From NCBI GenBank assembly GCA_002245135.1, contig NGBS01000877.1:1-64000 (forward strand): 64,000 bases of DNA. Reading direction: 5' to 3'. The stretch comes from Proteromonas lacertae (lineage: Eukaryota). Shown here piece by piece: positions 1-13,525 of this stretch. Both the position numbers and the translations under genes were made by a program. Position 1 is the first letter of the stretch. The number at the start of each line of letters is the position of its first letter. Under the pieces are notes generated by a model that was not told the DNA's origin, did no database searches, and saw nothing but the letters and a program-made list of their open reading frames with translations.

Positions 1-2239
1 TTAGGATCTTCATAGTTAAACTTAATCATACCAGCACTTAATTTATATGCTATTATCTGCTTCAATGCCATTCTTCTCATAGATTCATCATTATTAATTT
101 TTGTATAGTATTTTTCTATCTGTTGATATTCTTCTTCACTTTTAGGAGGATTAAATTTACAAACTATATATTTTTCTACTTCTTCAGAAATGAATTTTAA
201 ATATTCCTTTGTCTTAATATTATTCTTCCAACTTTATTATCCCATTCTTTTTCGAAATCATATTTTACTATAATGTTAGATAGTTCTTTCAATTTTTGTG
301 GTTTTATATAATCATTTACAAACTGAATATAACCAGTTGTTCCTACTACACTTTCTATCAATTGCTTATAATATTCCCAATAGTCCCTATTATAGTTTTT
401 CTTATACAAATAATGGTAATATATTTGTCGAGGTATATTACTATACTTTTTACATATTTCATCAAATTCAGTACCTTTATCAAAACCAATACAATATTTA
501 AACCATTCTTCTATTTCTGTTTTATTTAAAGAATCCAAATATAAATTTTGCTATTCTCTTCATATTCACTATTATTATCTGAATCAGCGTGAACTAATTG
601 ATATTATTGTATTACTTGGGCTAAAGATAAAATTATGAGTATCAACTATTATCAATGATGTATAATTTTACTAGGATCAATACTGCTTTTAAATAGTATA
701 TATTCTCCATTAATCTTTTCAAACTTGTAGATTCTGGCTTCATCTTTTTTTCCATTTTTCTTCCCTTTAATGAAATATATACTTTTCATCTTTTTACTTG
801 CTTTCAAAATATAGTAATTAAATCCAATACCTAAATCTTCTTCTTTTACTTCAGCTAAATCATTTATATTACCAATTTGTTTATCAACTTTTTCTAATCT
901 ATTTTTCATACATTTTTCCATTTTTGTATAACTCTTTTCAATTCCATCAATTTCTTTAGTAATTTCTTCTGTTCTTCTTTTATATAATTCTATTGATCTA
1001 TTCTCATTTTCTATATTGTCATATATAATTGATATTCTATCTGTAATTACTCTTTTACATATAATACTACACTCAGATTCATTTACCTCTAATACTGGAA
1101 ATTTATTTTTAGTTGTAAGTTTCTTATTTATTTTATCTATATTTAAATCATACTGTCCTCTACTTTCCATCACAATATTTTTTCCATTTATAATTTTTCT
1201 TTCATTGCCATTGATTTTCAATGTATATTTACTTCCTTTTTCAGTATAAAGATCATCATGATTACTTTCACTTATTGTTTTAATTCTGTCAATCTGTGTT
1301 TTAATATCCTTTAAACAAGCATTAATCATTTTTTCACTTTCCCGTCATATCTTCTTCAAGTTGTTTTATTAGGATATACAATGGCTTTATTCTTTTCTCT
1401 TTTTCTGTATCTAATATATTCAGAAATTCTTGAATCTCTTTTTTCCTTTCATTAACTGTAATTTCTTTAGATAATCTCTTTGAGTAAATAAGCTTCTTTA
1501 TTCTTCTTTTCTTCTTCTTCATAATCATATGATAGATTACTCTTCAGAAAGTATAGTAATACATATATAAAAGAGGTTTTGCCAATACCTGGCTGACCTG
1601 TAATCACTATATTGGAATTTATTACACCACTTGATATAATTTTACAAATATCACGAAACATTGAATAGTAACAATCTCTTATGTAAATTGTATCTTTGGG
1701 GAATTGGAAAACTTCTACATTTGCTTCTGCAAACTCTAAATATTTCTTTTTTTCATCACCTTCGACATACTTACCATCTTCATCTATAACAAGTTTATAA
1801 TAATCGACTATTTTCAAATTATTCACTATTTTAACGAAATTGTCAGGTGAGTCTAAATGTTTTGATTTACCATCACCTAAATACTTTAGTAACACTTGTA
1901 AATCATTAATATCACTTTTCTCGATGAATTCTTTTAAGTCATCATTAAATGTAAAATTCTCAGCTATTAATCTTTTTATTTCTGTAATATCACATTTTTT
2001 ATTACTTTTAAGTACATCTAATAGATGTTCAATTATCGGATACTTTGGATCTATTTCTTTTTTCATATCTGCTTCATTTTTCTCTTCTGTTTTTCGTCTC
2101 TTTGTTGTACCAAAAATCTCTCTAATATTTCTCTTCACAGCATGTTCGGAACATTTGGTAATCTCTAAATCATTATTTTTATCATTGATTATTAATCTTA
2201 ATCCTATTAAGTGATAAAATATTCTAAAATACCATTCAT
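1..2239 (-). pseudogene. Crinkler (CRN)/RHS-type P-loop NTPase gene, multiply frameshifted; runs off the window start
   Basis: Pre-P-loop IYIRDCY and Walker A VITGQPGIGKT in ORF 1467-2138. Shifted frames give LIIVD (Walker B, ~650), TIISISS, IYLDSLNKTEI, YSNIPRQI (GGIPR-like) and LKFISEEV. About 6 frame breaks. The 5' end is uncertain. Confidence 0.65.
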
Positions 2240-3403
2240 GTTATCAGTTAACAATATAAACTATAATAATGGAGGTATAGGAGGCAATTGAAGAGATATA
2301 AACAAAAATTATTAAAACTCAAAATGTAACGAATAAAAATTCATAAATCTATTTTTTTGAATTTTGTTTTCCTCATGATATATAACGAGTTGGAGTTTTT
2401 TATTTTGCAAATAGGTATATATTACGATGCAATGATCAATTCTATGATATTATTTGTATTGAGGATTAATATATTTTTAAGTTTGCTTATTACCACATTG
2501 GATAGAATTTAAATTCTATAATCAAAATAGTTGTGGTTAAAACCAACTACTATAGTTAGAAAGCAATTCCTTTTAATTCATTTCTTTTTTTCTTTATACA
2601 TACAATATTTCAACTTATTTCCAACTATTTAAAATAGATTTTCTCATCTTATACTCTTCTGTTCTTTTGCTAAATGTACAATTCTCATCATTTCTATTGA
2701 ATTACCATTTCTTGACTCTTCATTTATAACAACTGTTTAATTTACAATTTTCAATTATATAAAACTTTTTTTAGAGATTATTTATTAGTCAAGCTTATCA
2801 AAAGGCTTGACAATAAATACAACGAAAAACAGTCTTATTATGCAAATTTACTGATTATATTAACTAGAATGGAAATTAATAAAAAAAGGGTTATATTTAG
2901 ATGGTATGATATTAATGAATATCCTGATATTAAAAGATTAAACCTTAATATCATTCAATTCTTTAATTTCACCTTTCATTCTCATTTATTATCATAATTT
3001 GTTGTAATTAATATTTTTTATTCATTCTTTTAATTATTCTATAAAGAATTATTCTTATTTGGTAAAGTTTGTAAATCATACTTCAACTATAACAACATCA
3101 CTACATTGATATGTTTTGTAATACTCATTTCCTAAAATATCTTTTCATAAATAGTAAGAATAGAAATAGTTATACCAAAAAAAAACATAACTATTCTACT
3201 ATTTATTAATTTATGCAAAATAGATAATATATTCTGTATAATTTACTTTGTTAAATGTTTATAACATGAGAATTTTGATTATTAAATATATCAAGCCTAA
3301 AAATAACAAGCTTAAGAAGGGGGTATTAATTTTTATTAATATTTTAAATAGGTATTTCAATATAAATATTCCCCTAATAATATAAATCTGTGTTTCAAGA
3401 TTT

Positions 3404-5007
3404 TTGATGAAGTCTTTTTTGGTATTACTAGGAATAGTTGTGGTTGTATGGGGTAATGGATGTTTAAATCCTGACACATCCTGCCAAGAAACCAGTCAAA
3501 AATTCCCAACATTACCCGAGTTTAATTCTCATAAGTATGTAAATTTGACAAATCATAACTATTGGGTTGAGTTAAATATAACTGATCCAGATTATAGAAC
3601 TCCTGAAGGTAAAGAAGGACATACTTACCAATATGTGTTAGTTTATTGTGGTTGTGAAAAATTAAGACTTCCAACAGGTAGACCAATAATCAGAGTGCCA
3701 GTAGCTGATATTGGTAATGTTATACCTGATGTGTATCCAATGTTAGGTGCTTTAAATGTTCAAAAGAGATTAACCTTGAGTTTATACCCTAGTTACATAG
3801 CAACAGACACAGTAGTTGATGATATAATAAGTAGAATAGATAAGATTCACTTTGTCGATGATTATGACCCAAGAGATCATGCAGGTACTGCAAATACCGA
3901 CGTCTTGAAAAAAGCAAATCCTGAAGTATTTTTCTGTGGATGGGATATAGCCAAAGATTTAGCTGGTAAATTTGCTAATTATATATATTGGGGATCAGGT
4001 GATGAGACAAGTGCAATAGCTCGTTCTGAGTGGATTGAAATAATGGGTGTAATAGTAGGAGAAATAGACAAAGCTCAAACTGAGAGCGATCGAGCCAGAG
4101 ATGCTTACAATAAAGTAAAAGATGCAATATCTCCAAATGCTACAAAACCTAAAGTGTTTATGGGAACATTTTACAATTTTACTGATCATTCAGGTAAAGT
4201 TCGAGAAAGATGGTTTGTTCCAGGTAATGAAAGTGATCAAGCGCGCTTAGTAATTGATGCACAAGGTACTTATTTAGGACCACCAGGATCAAAAGATATA
4301 GAACTTAATAAAGCTGATGGTGATAAATGGTTAAAAGAAGCTGATTTTTGGTTAGATGCTGAATATTGTTATAGTCGATTAGAATCCTTTTTAGGTGAAT
4401 TTCCTGATTTAGGTAATTATAAAGTAGTTCAAAATGATAATATATATACACCAACTAGAAGAGCTGGAGATGATTTATGTCAAGTCAATGAAGCTTATGA
4501 AACTGGTGCAATTTATCCAAGTTATTTATTAGCTGATGTAGTAAATATATTACATCCAGGAACAATCCCTAATAGAACATTACAATTTTATTCCAATATA
4601 TTGCCATTATCACCTAATACTCATATCAAATTAGGTGATGTATCAACCTATCCAGTTAATTGTAAATATGGTGGTTGGCAAGAATGGAGTGAATGTAGTA
4701 CAAATTGTGGAAATGGTTATCGATATAGATATAGAAATATTATACAATTACCTAAGAATGGTGGTTCTCAATGTAGATCTTCATTTGATGCAATTGATTG
4801 TGTTGGTCCTTGTAAATCTACTTTCAACTTAACAGTTTTATTAATTTGTGTAGGTATACTTGCATTTTTAGTTGCTGTTGCTGTTGCATGGTATGTAGGA
4901 AGAAGAACAGCAAGAATATTGGTAATAGTTTACAGAATATGAAAGCTGATGAAAAGAGTGTAATGATTGAACAATTAGCGCAGGGTAATTATAATTCCAT
5001 TGCATAA
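3404..5007 (+). CDS. Type-I membrane protein: signal peptide + Fe/B12 periplasmic-binding (BtuF/CBA1-like) domain + thrombospondin type-1 repeat + TM
   Basis: Signal peptide MKSFLVLLGIVVVVWG. Binding-protein motifs RSEWIE, WFVPG, ADFWL, YETGAIYPSYLLADVVNILHP. TSP1 WQEWSECSTNCGNGYRYRYR, then a TM helix. The ORF stops at 4942, but a one-base shift near 4895 gives a more plausible tail ending at TAA 5005-5007. Confidence 0.8.
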
Positions 5008-5158
5008 ACTAATAAATGTTGTTATTTTTTTTTAAGGGATGTATTAATTGAATGAGAGATGTTTTAATGATATTTTTACATATTTACAGAAATTATACAT
5101 AAAATACCAAAAACTTGGCTTGACAGAATTGAATCTTTTTTTCTTATTTTTACAGTAC

Positions 5159-7374
5159 ATGCCTTCTATTCATTGTTTAACTCAAGGAGATGACTTAGTA
5201 TTGAATATAATATTGATATGTAACCATTATAGAGCAAAATAACACCAGATTTACCTTACACAGTATATTTTTGTGTTTTTATTGATAGGTAATTAAACCA
5301 ATAGCTGAAGAATATCAAAGTTATTTAATAAAAGGTAAAGAAGAGGACTTTAATAGTCATTTGAAAGTTTTGAATTTAAAAGGCATTTCAGATGAATCAA
5401 TCGAAAAATTTGTATATAAGTATATCATATAGTGAATATTAGAAAGTAGATCGAGGCAAATACTTGAATGATCAAAATCACGTAGATGAAGAAAGAGCAA
5501 TTCACCTAACTGCTTTTCAAGCAATGGTATTAATAATTCCTCGTAGTTGTAATGCTATAAGTAGTGAAAGTTTTAAATATCAAAATGAAAATCGTATAAA
5601 GATATTGGATAATGTATGTGAGAACTTAATTAGTTTAAACAAAAGTGGTTTATGTCATGGTCGTTTAACACCAAGTAATATAACAATACATCCTAATAAT
5701 GAATATAGATTGAGAAATTGTGGTTTATTTGGTATAAGTCATATTCATGATTTATCATATGATGAATTTAGTTATTTAGCTCCAGAAGTGATAAGAGGTA
5801 AAGATTGTACAATAGCTTCTGATATATGGAGTTTTGGTTGTATTGTATACAATTTAATAACAGGTCGAAGATTATTCCATGCTTCAAATGTGAAAGATTT
5901 AGCTAGTAAAATAATAAAATGTGATTTCATTATTGGTGAAAATGAATGTAATGATAAGGAGAGAAAATTGATTATTAACTTGGTGAAAAAGGATAAAGAT
6001 GAAAGAATAAAGATTGATAATCTGAAAGAGAATCTTGAAAAGATAAAAGATGAGAAATTTGAACCAGATAGTGATAATGTGACTTTACATTATATAGAAC
6101 AAATGGCTGAACATAATATGCCAATAACAGACGATGGAAAATTAGCAGTGATAGGTCAAAAAGGCATAAAACGTGATTTTACATTATTTGGTCAACCATT
6201 AACCTTACCACCAGCTCCATCCACAGAGACTTCTTCCGAAGCAGCAATGGAAGAAGAGAAGAAAGAAGAAGAAGAAGAGGTTCGTTTATTAGAGCAAGTA
6301 ATAAATTTGTTTAATGATGTAGATCGATCAAAATATGAAGATAAAAAAGATTATCTGTTTGGTTTATTAATAAATTTAGCTTTCAAGAAAATGTATTTTA
6401 CTACAATTAAAGAGAAAATGAAAACGAATAGCTATCCATTATATGATAAGATATTAAAAAATGTAATATGTAATGATTGGAAACCTGAAGAATTTGATCG
6501 AGATAGAATAGTAACTCCCACAATAGCTCTTGAATTAAAAAAGAGAGATGGAAATAATAGTAACAATAATGCTAAGATAGATGAAGAGAATTTAGCTTTA
6601 GCGAAGTTATTAGCAAAGATATTACCTGAGTTAAGTAATTTAAATATAATAGAATTATTACATACAGATAAAGAAACAACTGACAAAATCTTGAAGTATA
6701 TTACAAATAATCTAGATCGAGATAACTTAAAGAGATTTAAGAAAATAAAGTTGAATGGTTCTTATGCCAGTAAAGATTCTATGAAGATATTTAGTGATGT
6801 TTTATCTTCATCTAATCATAAGAATATGAAGATTTTATATTTTGAAGATAATGAAATAGGAGATGATGGTATTACTTATTTAGCATCTAAAGCCTGTGAT
6901 ATGCCTGATTTAGAAGAATTATATGTTAGTTCAAATGGAATAACATCAAAAGGTTTGAATATCTTAACAAACAGTTTGAAAGATTTTAAGCATTTGAATT
7001 GTATATCAATAGCTAAAAATAAACAAGTTGACAAGAACAGTGTTAGAAGATTCATAAAAGCATTAAGACATTGTCCTTACATCGACTTTTTATGTCTTAG
7101 TGAAACAGCAGTTGATGATGATGTAATAGAAGATATAGTAAAAGCAATGAATGAGCATTTATTCAAACAATTAGAGATGGTACTATTGAATAACAATCAA
7201 ATCACTGATAAAGGTGCGAAATCCTTAATAAATTGTCTTGGTAAGACTCGTGCTGATAGTGTTTGTCCTAAATTGGGAATATTGGATCTTAACAGTAATG
7301 ATAAGATGAAAGATCGTAATATAACAAGTTGTGTATTTGGTAATGAAAAACCATGGTATGAATTTAGTTCTTAA
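5159..7374 (+). CDS. Pseudokinase + RNI-like LRR protein
   Basis: ATG 5159 plus three short GT-AG introns splice in frame into ORF 5464-7374. Kinase C-lobe motifs YLAPE and DIWSFGC are present, but HGRLTPSN and NCG replace HRD and DFG. LRRs of the type LYFEDNEIGDDG. Confidence 0.8.
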
Positions 7375-7539
7375 AACAAAAGAATTTGACTTTATGACTT
7401 ACAAATATTACTATTAATAATTTCTTTAAACATTTCATTATTAATAACTATTGATAGATTATTTCTATATTATTTTGTTTTTAGGTGTTGAGAAAAACAA
7501 ATATTTATGAGTAAAAAACTATTAATGTTTTTAGTATTT

Positions 7540-10500
7540 CTATTTATTCTTTTTACTCTTACTTTTATTGTTACAGCTTTTACCTTTACTTTTTACATTC
7601 CCATTACTATTTTCAATAGTAACATTTACATTACTCATCATAGCTCCGTTATATTCTTCATTTGGTGTCTTTTTAAGTACATCTAATTCATTCTATTGTT
7701 CATAATAATATAAAAAATACAGTAATGGTTGATGCTTCTCTGAAAAAGTAATCTAATATTGTTTTCAACGATTTACCTCTTTTACTTTGACCTGGTGTTA
7801 GTTTTACTTTATATTTATAATTCTAAACAAATATATGAAACATAATCATTATATATACTTTAGATGCTTCAATTGGAACTGACACAGGTATAGCATATAA
7901 CAGAATATCATCAGCTTCTGGTTTGGATATTAATGTCTGGAAGAATGAAGAATCATTTTTACTAATATCGTATATATTTTCTTCTTCTTTTATTTTATTA
8001 ACTTCATTCTCTTCATCTTCTCTACATTTTAAATTATTTTATATTATATATACGGATTAATATTTGTTTTAAATTGACAATCTTTATATAAATGATCTGT
8101 TGAACCACAGCCATAACAACATTTTATGACTTTAGCAGCTTCTTCTTCTTTCTCTTTTTCTTCTTTTTCTTTGTCATCAGCATCTTCTCCTTCTTTCACT
8201 TCAGATGTTGTAGGTATTACATCTTTCATATTCTTTTGTCCAACACTTAATAAATACAATCTAAAATATCATTATAAAAATAATTCATATACTCTTTATC
8301 TTCTTCTGTTTGATTTCCATATTTAGCTTTTATTCTTTTTATTTTTGATCTTTTTCCTCTTGGCATTTTAGATACATCACTATCTAAATCTATCTTTCTA
8401 TCACTTTTTAATTCTTTTTTATTCTTCTTGTTTTTCTTATTTATTTTCTTCTTCTTAGCTATTTGACCTCCACTTACATCAATAATAGTTTCTTCATCTT
8501 CTTCTCCTTCTTTATCATTCGTATTTTTACTTTTACAATTACTACAATGACTACACACTTTCTTACATAAGAATGACTGCAAATTCTTGAATATTCCTGG
8601 AGTATTTACAGCTTCTTCACCTTCACATTCTCCTTCCATTTCTTCTTCACATTCTGCTTCTTCTTCATCATCATCACTTTTATCTTTTACTACTTCCTCC
8701 TCTCCTTCTTCTACTGCTGATAATGTAGTTGCTTCTGCTGTAGTTGTAGTTGGAAGTGTTGGAATTTCTTCATTTAATGAAGGTGGTAATGAAGATGGTG
8801 AATCTGTTGGAGTTGATAATACATCACTATTCTCTATATTCAAACCCTTTACATTAGCATTCTTTAACACTTCGATAGGTAAAGCTAATTTATAATAATA
8901 ATAATAGATAGATATACGTTCCAATGCAGATTTTACTATTCTATCATGTAAATGTTTTGCAACACTATCAGTATCGATTTGAAATAACAAAACATAACTC
9001 ATTTCTAACTTTAATGAATTAATAAAGTTCTTCTTTCCTCTGATAATGAACGAACCAGTAGTAATATATTGACCAGTTGGAGCAGTTTTACTCACTTGGT
9101 AGGGATATACCCAATAAGCTTCTGCTATTAAATTACTCTTCCATGCTGCAGAGTGGCATATACAAAATGTACCAGCTTCTTGTATTGTTAACTGAGGTAT
9201 ACAATATTGCTTATTATTATTAATGACTAAAGTACTTGCAGAACCATGTACATCTGAATGAATCTATTAATACATTATATATATATATATACAAATATAT
9301 CATATGGTTTCATATATTTCTTCACTATTAATTCATTCTGTATACTATCTCTACCACAAATCACTAAATAATTCTCACTACTAATAAACCAATGAAATTT
9401 CTCAAACCATTCCGCCTTTCTTATCTCTCTAAATACTGGAACTTGATTGGTTAATAGTTCTAACTCCTTATTAGCTTCTTTCTCAGCTTTCTTTTGTAGT
9501 TTTTCTGATGCTATCATTGTTTTATCCATTTTAATTTTATCATCTTTTGCTTTAGCATAATACATTTCAGCATTTTTAAAAGCATTTTGAGTTATATCAA
9601 TCTCAACTAAACCATTTTCATTATCAAACGTTAATAATTCAATAGTAAAACAATTTCTATCTAAATTCAAACATTTGATACATTTAGCTACAGGATTATC
9701 TAATTCTTTTTCTCTTTCAACAGCTCTTTCTATAGCTTCCCATTGTAAACTCTTAGCTAAATAACTTCTTATTATATTGATTGTTACATCAACTAACTCT
9801 ACATTATTCTCTATTAATTTTGCCTTCATTTCATTGTTTAAGATTTTGTTATGTAATTCTTTTATTCTATTACTTTGATCCATTTTAATCTTATCCACTT
9901 TTTGAGTTATTTTTGTTTGTGATATTTCCATATCTTTATCAATCTTATTACTATCAAAATGGGAATAATAATTATCTATTGCCAATGAGAAATTATCATA
10001 TTTAACTATGAATTCCTCTTTGAATTGTTGCAATATAAATGGGCAATAGTCAATAAAGATATTATTTTCATTATTCTCTTTGATAATAATACCTGGATAA
10101 TTCATAGATGATTCAAAATCATCATAAAACTTATCACATTCCATTATAATAGCTAATAACATTTCATTATTTAATGATTGTTTTGTTACAGATAGAAATG
10201 GATCAATGTTATTCTTCATACATATATGATCAATTATGGTTGTTCCATATACACTCATTCTTTTATTATAGTTTGATAATATTAAATCTAAATGCTCTTC
10301 TTTATTCTTGTGTTTATTGGTATTTAAATATTCTATTTTTTCTTCCATATATCTGGATAATTCATCTATATCATAATTCTTAGGCTCGATTTGAGGTTTA
10401 AGTAGTTCAACTGGATATATATTACCTACGTTTATATTATTCTCATTGAGAACATAAGAACGTGTAATTAATAAGATTTTATAGTTATTATCAGTTAATA

Positions 10501-10957
10501 TTATATTACCAGCTGCATAAAACTCGAGAATTAAGTGAAAAGTATTTTCTCCAGAACCGATTGTAATGATTACTAGACGATCCTATTTAAATAAATAATT
10601 ATGTTCAATACCATTTCTGCTTGATAAATGGATTCTATTCTTCTTGTTCTTAACAATCTTCTTAATCTCGAAGTAAAAACAGATGGCGCTGCGTTTGTTG
10701 GCCTATTAAATTGTGTTGTATGAAATCTATATAATTATCACACACTGAAATACCTTATTCCTGATTCAATTAACAAATAAACCTTTGGAGCATCCGTTTG
10801 CGATAGTTTTATAACATATGTCTTTTGATTAATATCATAACTAGAAGTATATAACAAGGAATGAGTACATATTAGCTATTCGCATACCTACAAGACTTTG
10901 TTTAAGCTCATGGGACATGGCCTTAACATCCCATAAATTCATACGTGTTTTCACCAT
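7540..10957 (-). CDS. NEMF: Ribosome quality control factor NEMF/Rqc2
   Basis: MVKTRMNLWDV..., YDINQKTY, LLIESGIRFH, WFEKFHWFISSENYLVICGRD, SKTAPTGQYITTGSFIIRGKKNF. Nine GT-AG introns splice in frame. A CCHC knuckle lies near 8070-8120. Confidence 0.95.
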
Positions 10958-11180
10958 AATATCACTCCCTTATTTAATAATATTTTAATAATGATTCTAT
11001 ATCATTCAAACTTTTGGTAAAATGCACCAGTTTTGTTTACAATTTCCATCCTTTCTTTACAAATACTGAACTGCATACTTTTAACGGAATTGATATTTGT
11101 ATAAATTATAAAATACCCTAATAAACATAATACTATAATAATATCAGTACATAAGTATATAATTATCAATATTAGTATAT

Positions 11181-12143
11181 CTACAAGAAATAATCAGGAG
11201 TTCTCCTAGTTACATGAGGCTCACCTCTACGTGGTGCAGGATCAAACTGCAAAAATGTATATTTCATCTTCTCATCAACTTCACAAATTGCAGCTTGATT
11301 ACCACAACGATAACAGTAATTAGGTGCTGAGAATATAGTAACAACATTCTGATTATGTGCCCAATTATAACCTTCCATTACTAATTGATGTGCTCTAGCG
11401 ACAAGTGATAGATTATTAGTGTGATTAAATGTCTCTGAAATATCTTTGCCAAATGTATAACCTGCACCTCTTGGACTAATACCCCAACCGTTTCTATCAT
11501 CTGGATCGGACCATAATAAATCACACATTGCACCTTCATGGGGTACTTCTTGCACTCTATCTATAGCTCTAATATTATCTAATGATTTAATTGATGGAGA
11601 TAATCCACCATGTAAACAGAATATTTGACCTTCTACTATTGCAGTAAGAGGTAAATAATCGAATAAATCAGTATAATATTTCCAAACATTGGCATTTCCA
11701 TATTTTCTTAAACATTCATCGTAAAAACCATAAACTTGTGTGATTTGCCTTGATTCATGATTGCCACGAGTTAAAAATATTCTATCCTTATATCTAACTT
11801 TCAAAGTTATTAACAATGTAACACATTCTACTGAATAATAACCACGATCAACATAATCGCCCATAAATAGATAGTTTGTATCTGGAGAATTACCACCAAT
11901 ACGGAATAGTTCTTGTAGATCATGGAATTGACCATGAACATCACCACAGATTGTTACTGGACAAGGAACTGGTTGTACATTAGACTCTTCCATTAAAATC
12001 TCTCTTGCCTATACAATAATGAATTATAAATGAAAAGATACTTTGTTGCACAATTGTCTTACTTCTGCTTCGGATATTGTCGCAAATTCATTTAAATTAT
12101 TAATCCAGCTGTCTAAAGTCTCTATTGGAATATCTTCTGACAT
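11181..12143 (-). CDS. PPP2CA: Ser/Thr protein phosphatase 2A catalytic subunit
   Basis: GDVHGQ, GDYVDRG, RGNHE and the C-terminal TPDYFL signature. One 33-nt intron, 12009-12041. Confidence 0.98.
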
Positions 12144-12508
12144 TTTCTATTCAAAATATATCTCTATCGATGAGCATATATGCAAAAACAAAATGGATTT
12201 GTCAATAGATAGAATAAATAAAAATATGTATATACTTTTAATTTTGTTGAGAATTACCAAGCAGACTAAATAACGAAAAATAACTCAACAAAGAGTGAGA
12301 TTTTAATTTGAGTTTAAATAGGAAGATTGTAATACATTCAAGTCAAACTTTGAAACTATTTTTTTTATTACCACCACTACTTCAGATTTTGTTGTGTTTT
12401 TTATCATATCTTTGATAATTAGCAGTCACAAATATTGCATTTACAATATCTGAATAATCAATCGTCTTCTGAACAATTTGGTAGACTAAGTTTTAATCTT
12501 AAATTGAA

Positions 12509-13494
12509 ATGTCAGGCTTTATGTCGTGGTTGACAGGAAAGAATAAAACAAATTCATACACTCTAAGAGATCTACGGTATAGTAATATTTTGTAATTGTT
12601 TTGGGTTTAGAGACAAATTTGCTATAATAATTCGAAATAGATCAGTAACAAACAGCAATCAAAGCATAATAATTGAAGCACTAAGAGCTTTAGCAGAAAT
12701 AATGATTTATGGAGATAAAAACAGTGAAGCTTTTTTTGAGTATAATTTAGAAAGATGATGATATAATAACAATAGATTATTTTGTGAAAAGAAGATGATC
12801 ACCTTAATGAACGATTATTTAAGACAGAATTGTCCAAATGAAGTGAAAATCCAAGTAATTCAAACAATGTCTATCTTAGTACAAAATATAAAAAGTGAAA
12901 CAACATTGAGTATGTTAATATTGATATATATTGATATATATTGATATAGATTATATATTAAGTGGAAATCATATAAACGATTTAATCACAGCTCCAATTA
13001 ACTTCGAAGATGAATCAATCACAGCTTATTTCGTTTCATTTTTAAAAGTCTTATCATTACAACTAAATACAAATACAATCCAATTCTTTTATAACTCCAC
13101 AACCGAGAAAAGTGGTAATGCTTTTCCATTATATTCAGTTGCAATTAAATTTTATAATAATTCTGAGAGTATGATTAGAATAGCAGTTAAAACAATCACA
13201 CTAACAGTTTATAAATGTATTTATTATTATTATTATTATTATTATATTTGTGTAGTGGAAGAACCTAGAATTCGAGCTTATGTAACAAATGATAAAAATC
13301 GAGAATATTTTATAAATTTGGTGAATTACTTAAAAGATCAAGTAATCTTATTAGATGCAGTATTATCTCAATCCACAATACAAGCACATGCAAGGTTAGA
13401 TGATATATCTGAAGATACAGTTGATTTATTATATTATATACAAGATATCTTATTAATTGGAGCTGAAGAGATAAATACCATATTATGTTCAGTA

Positions 13495-13525
<31 letters not shown>

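Noticed and set aside
4892..4935. 8-, 14- or 20-nt introns extending the CBA1-like tail
   Set aside because: Purine-rich or too short; a single missing base is more parsimonious.
12009..12041. PP2A intron as a GT-AG U12 intron (GTATCTTTT)
   Set aside because: It lacks TTAAT 8 nt before the acceptor and has major-class length; unresolved but unsupported.
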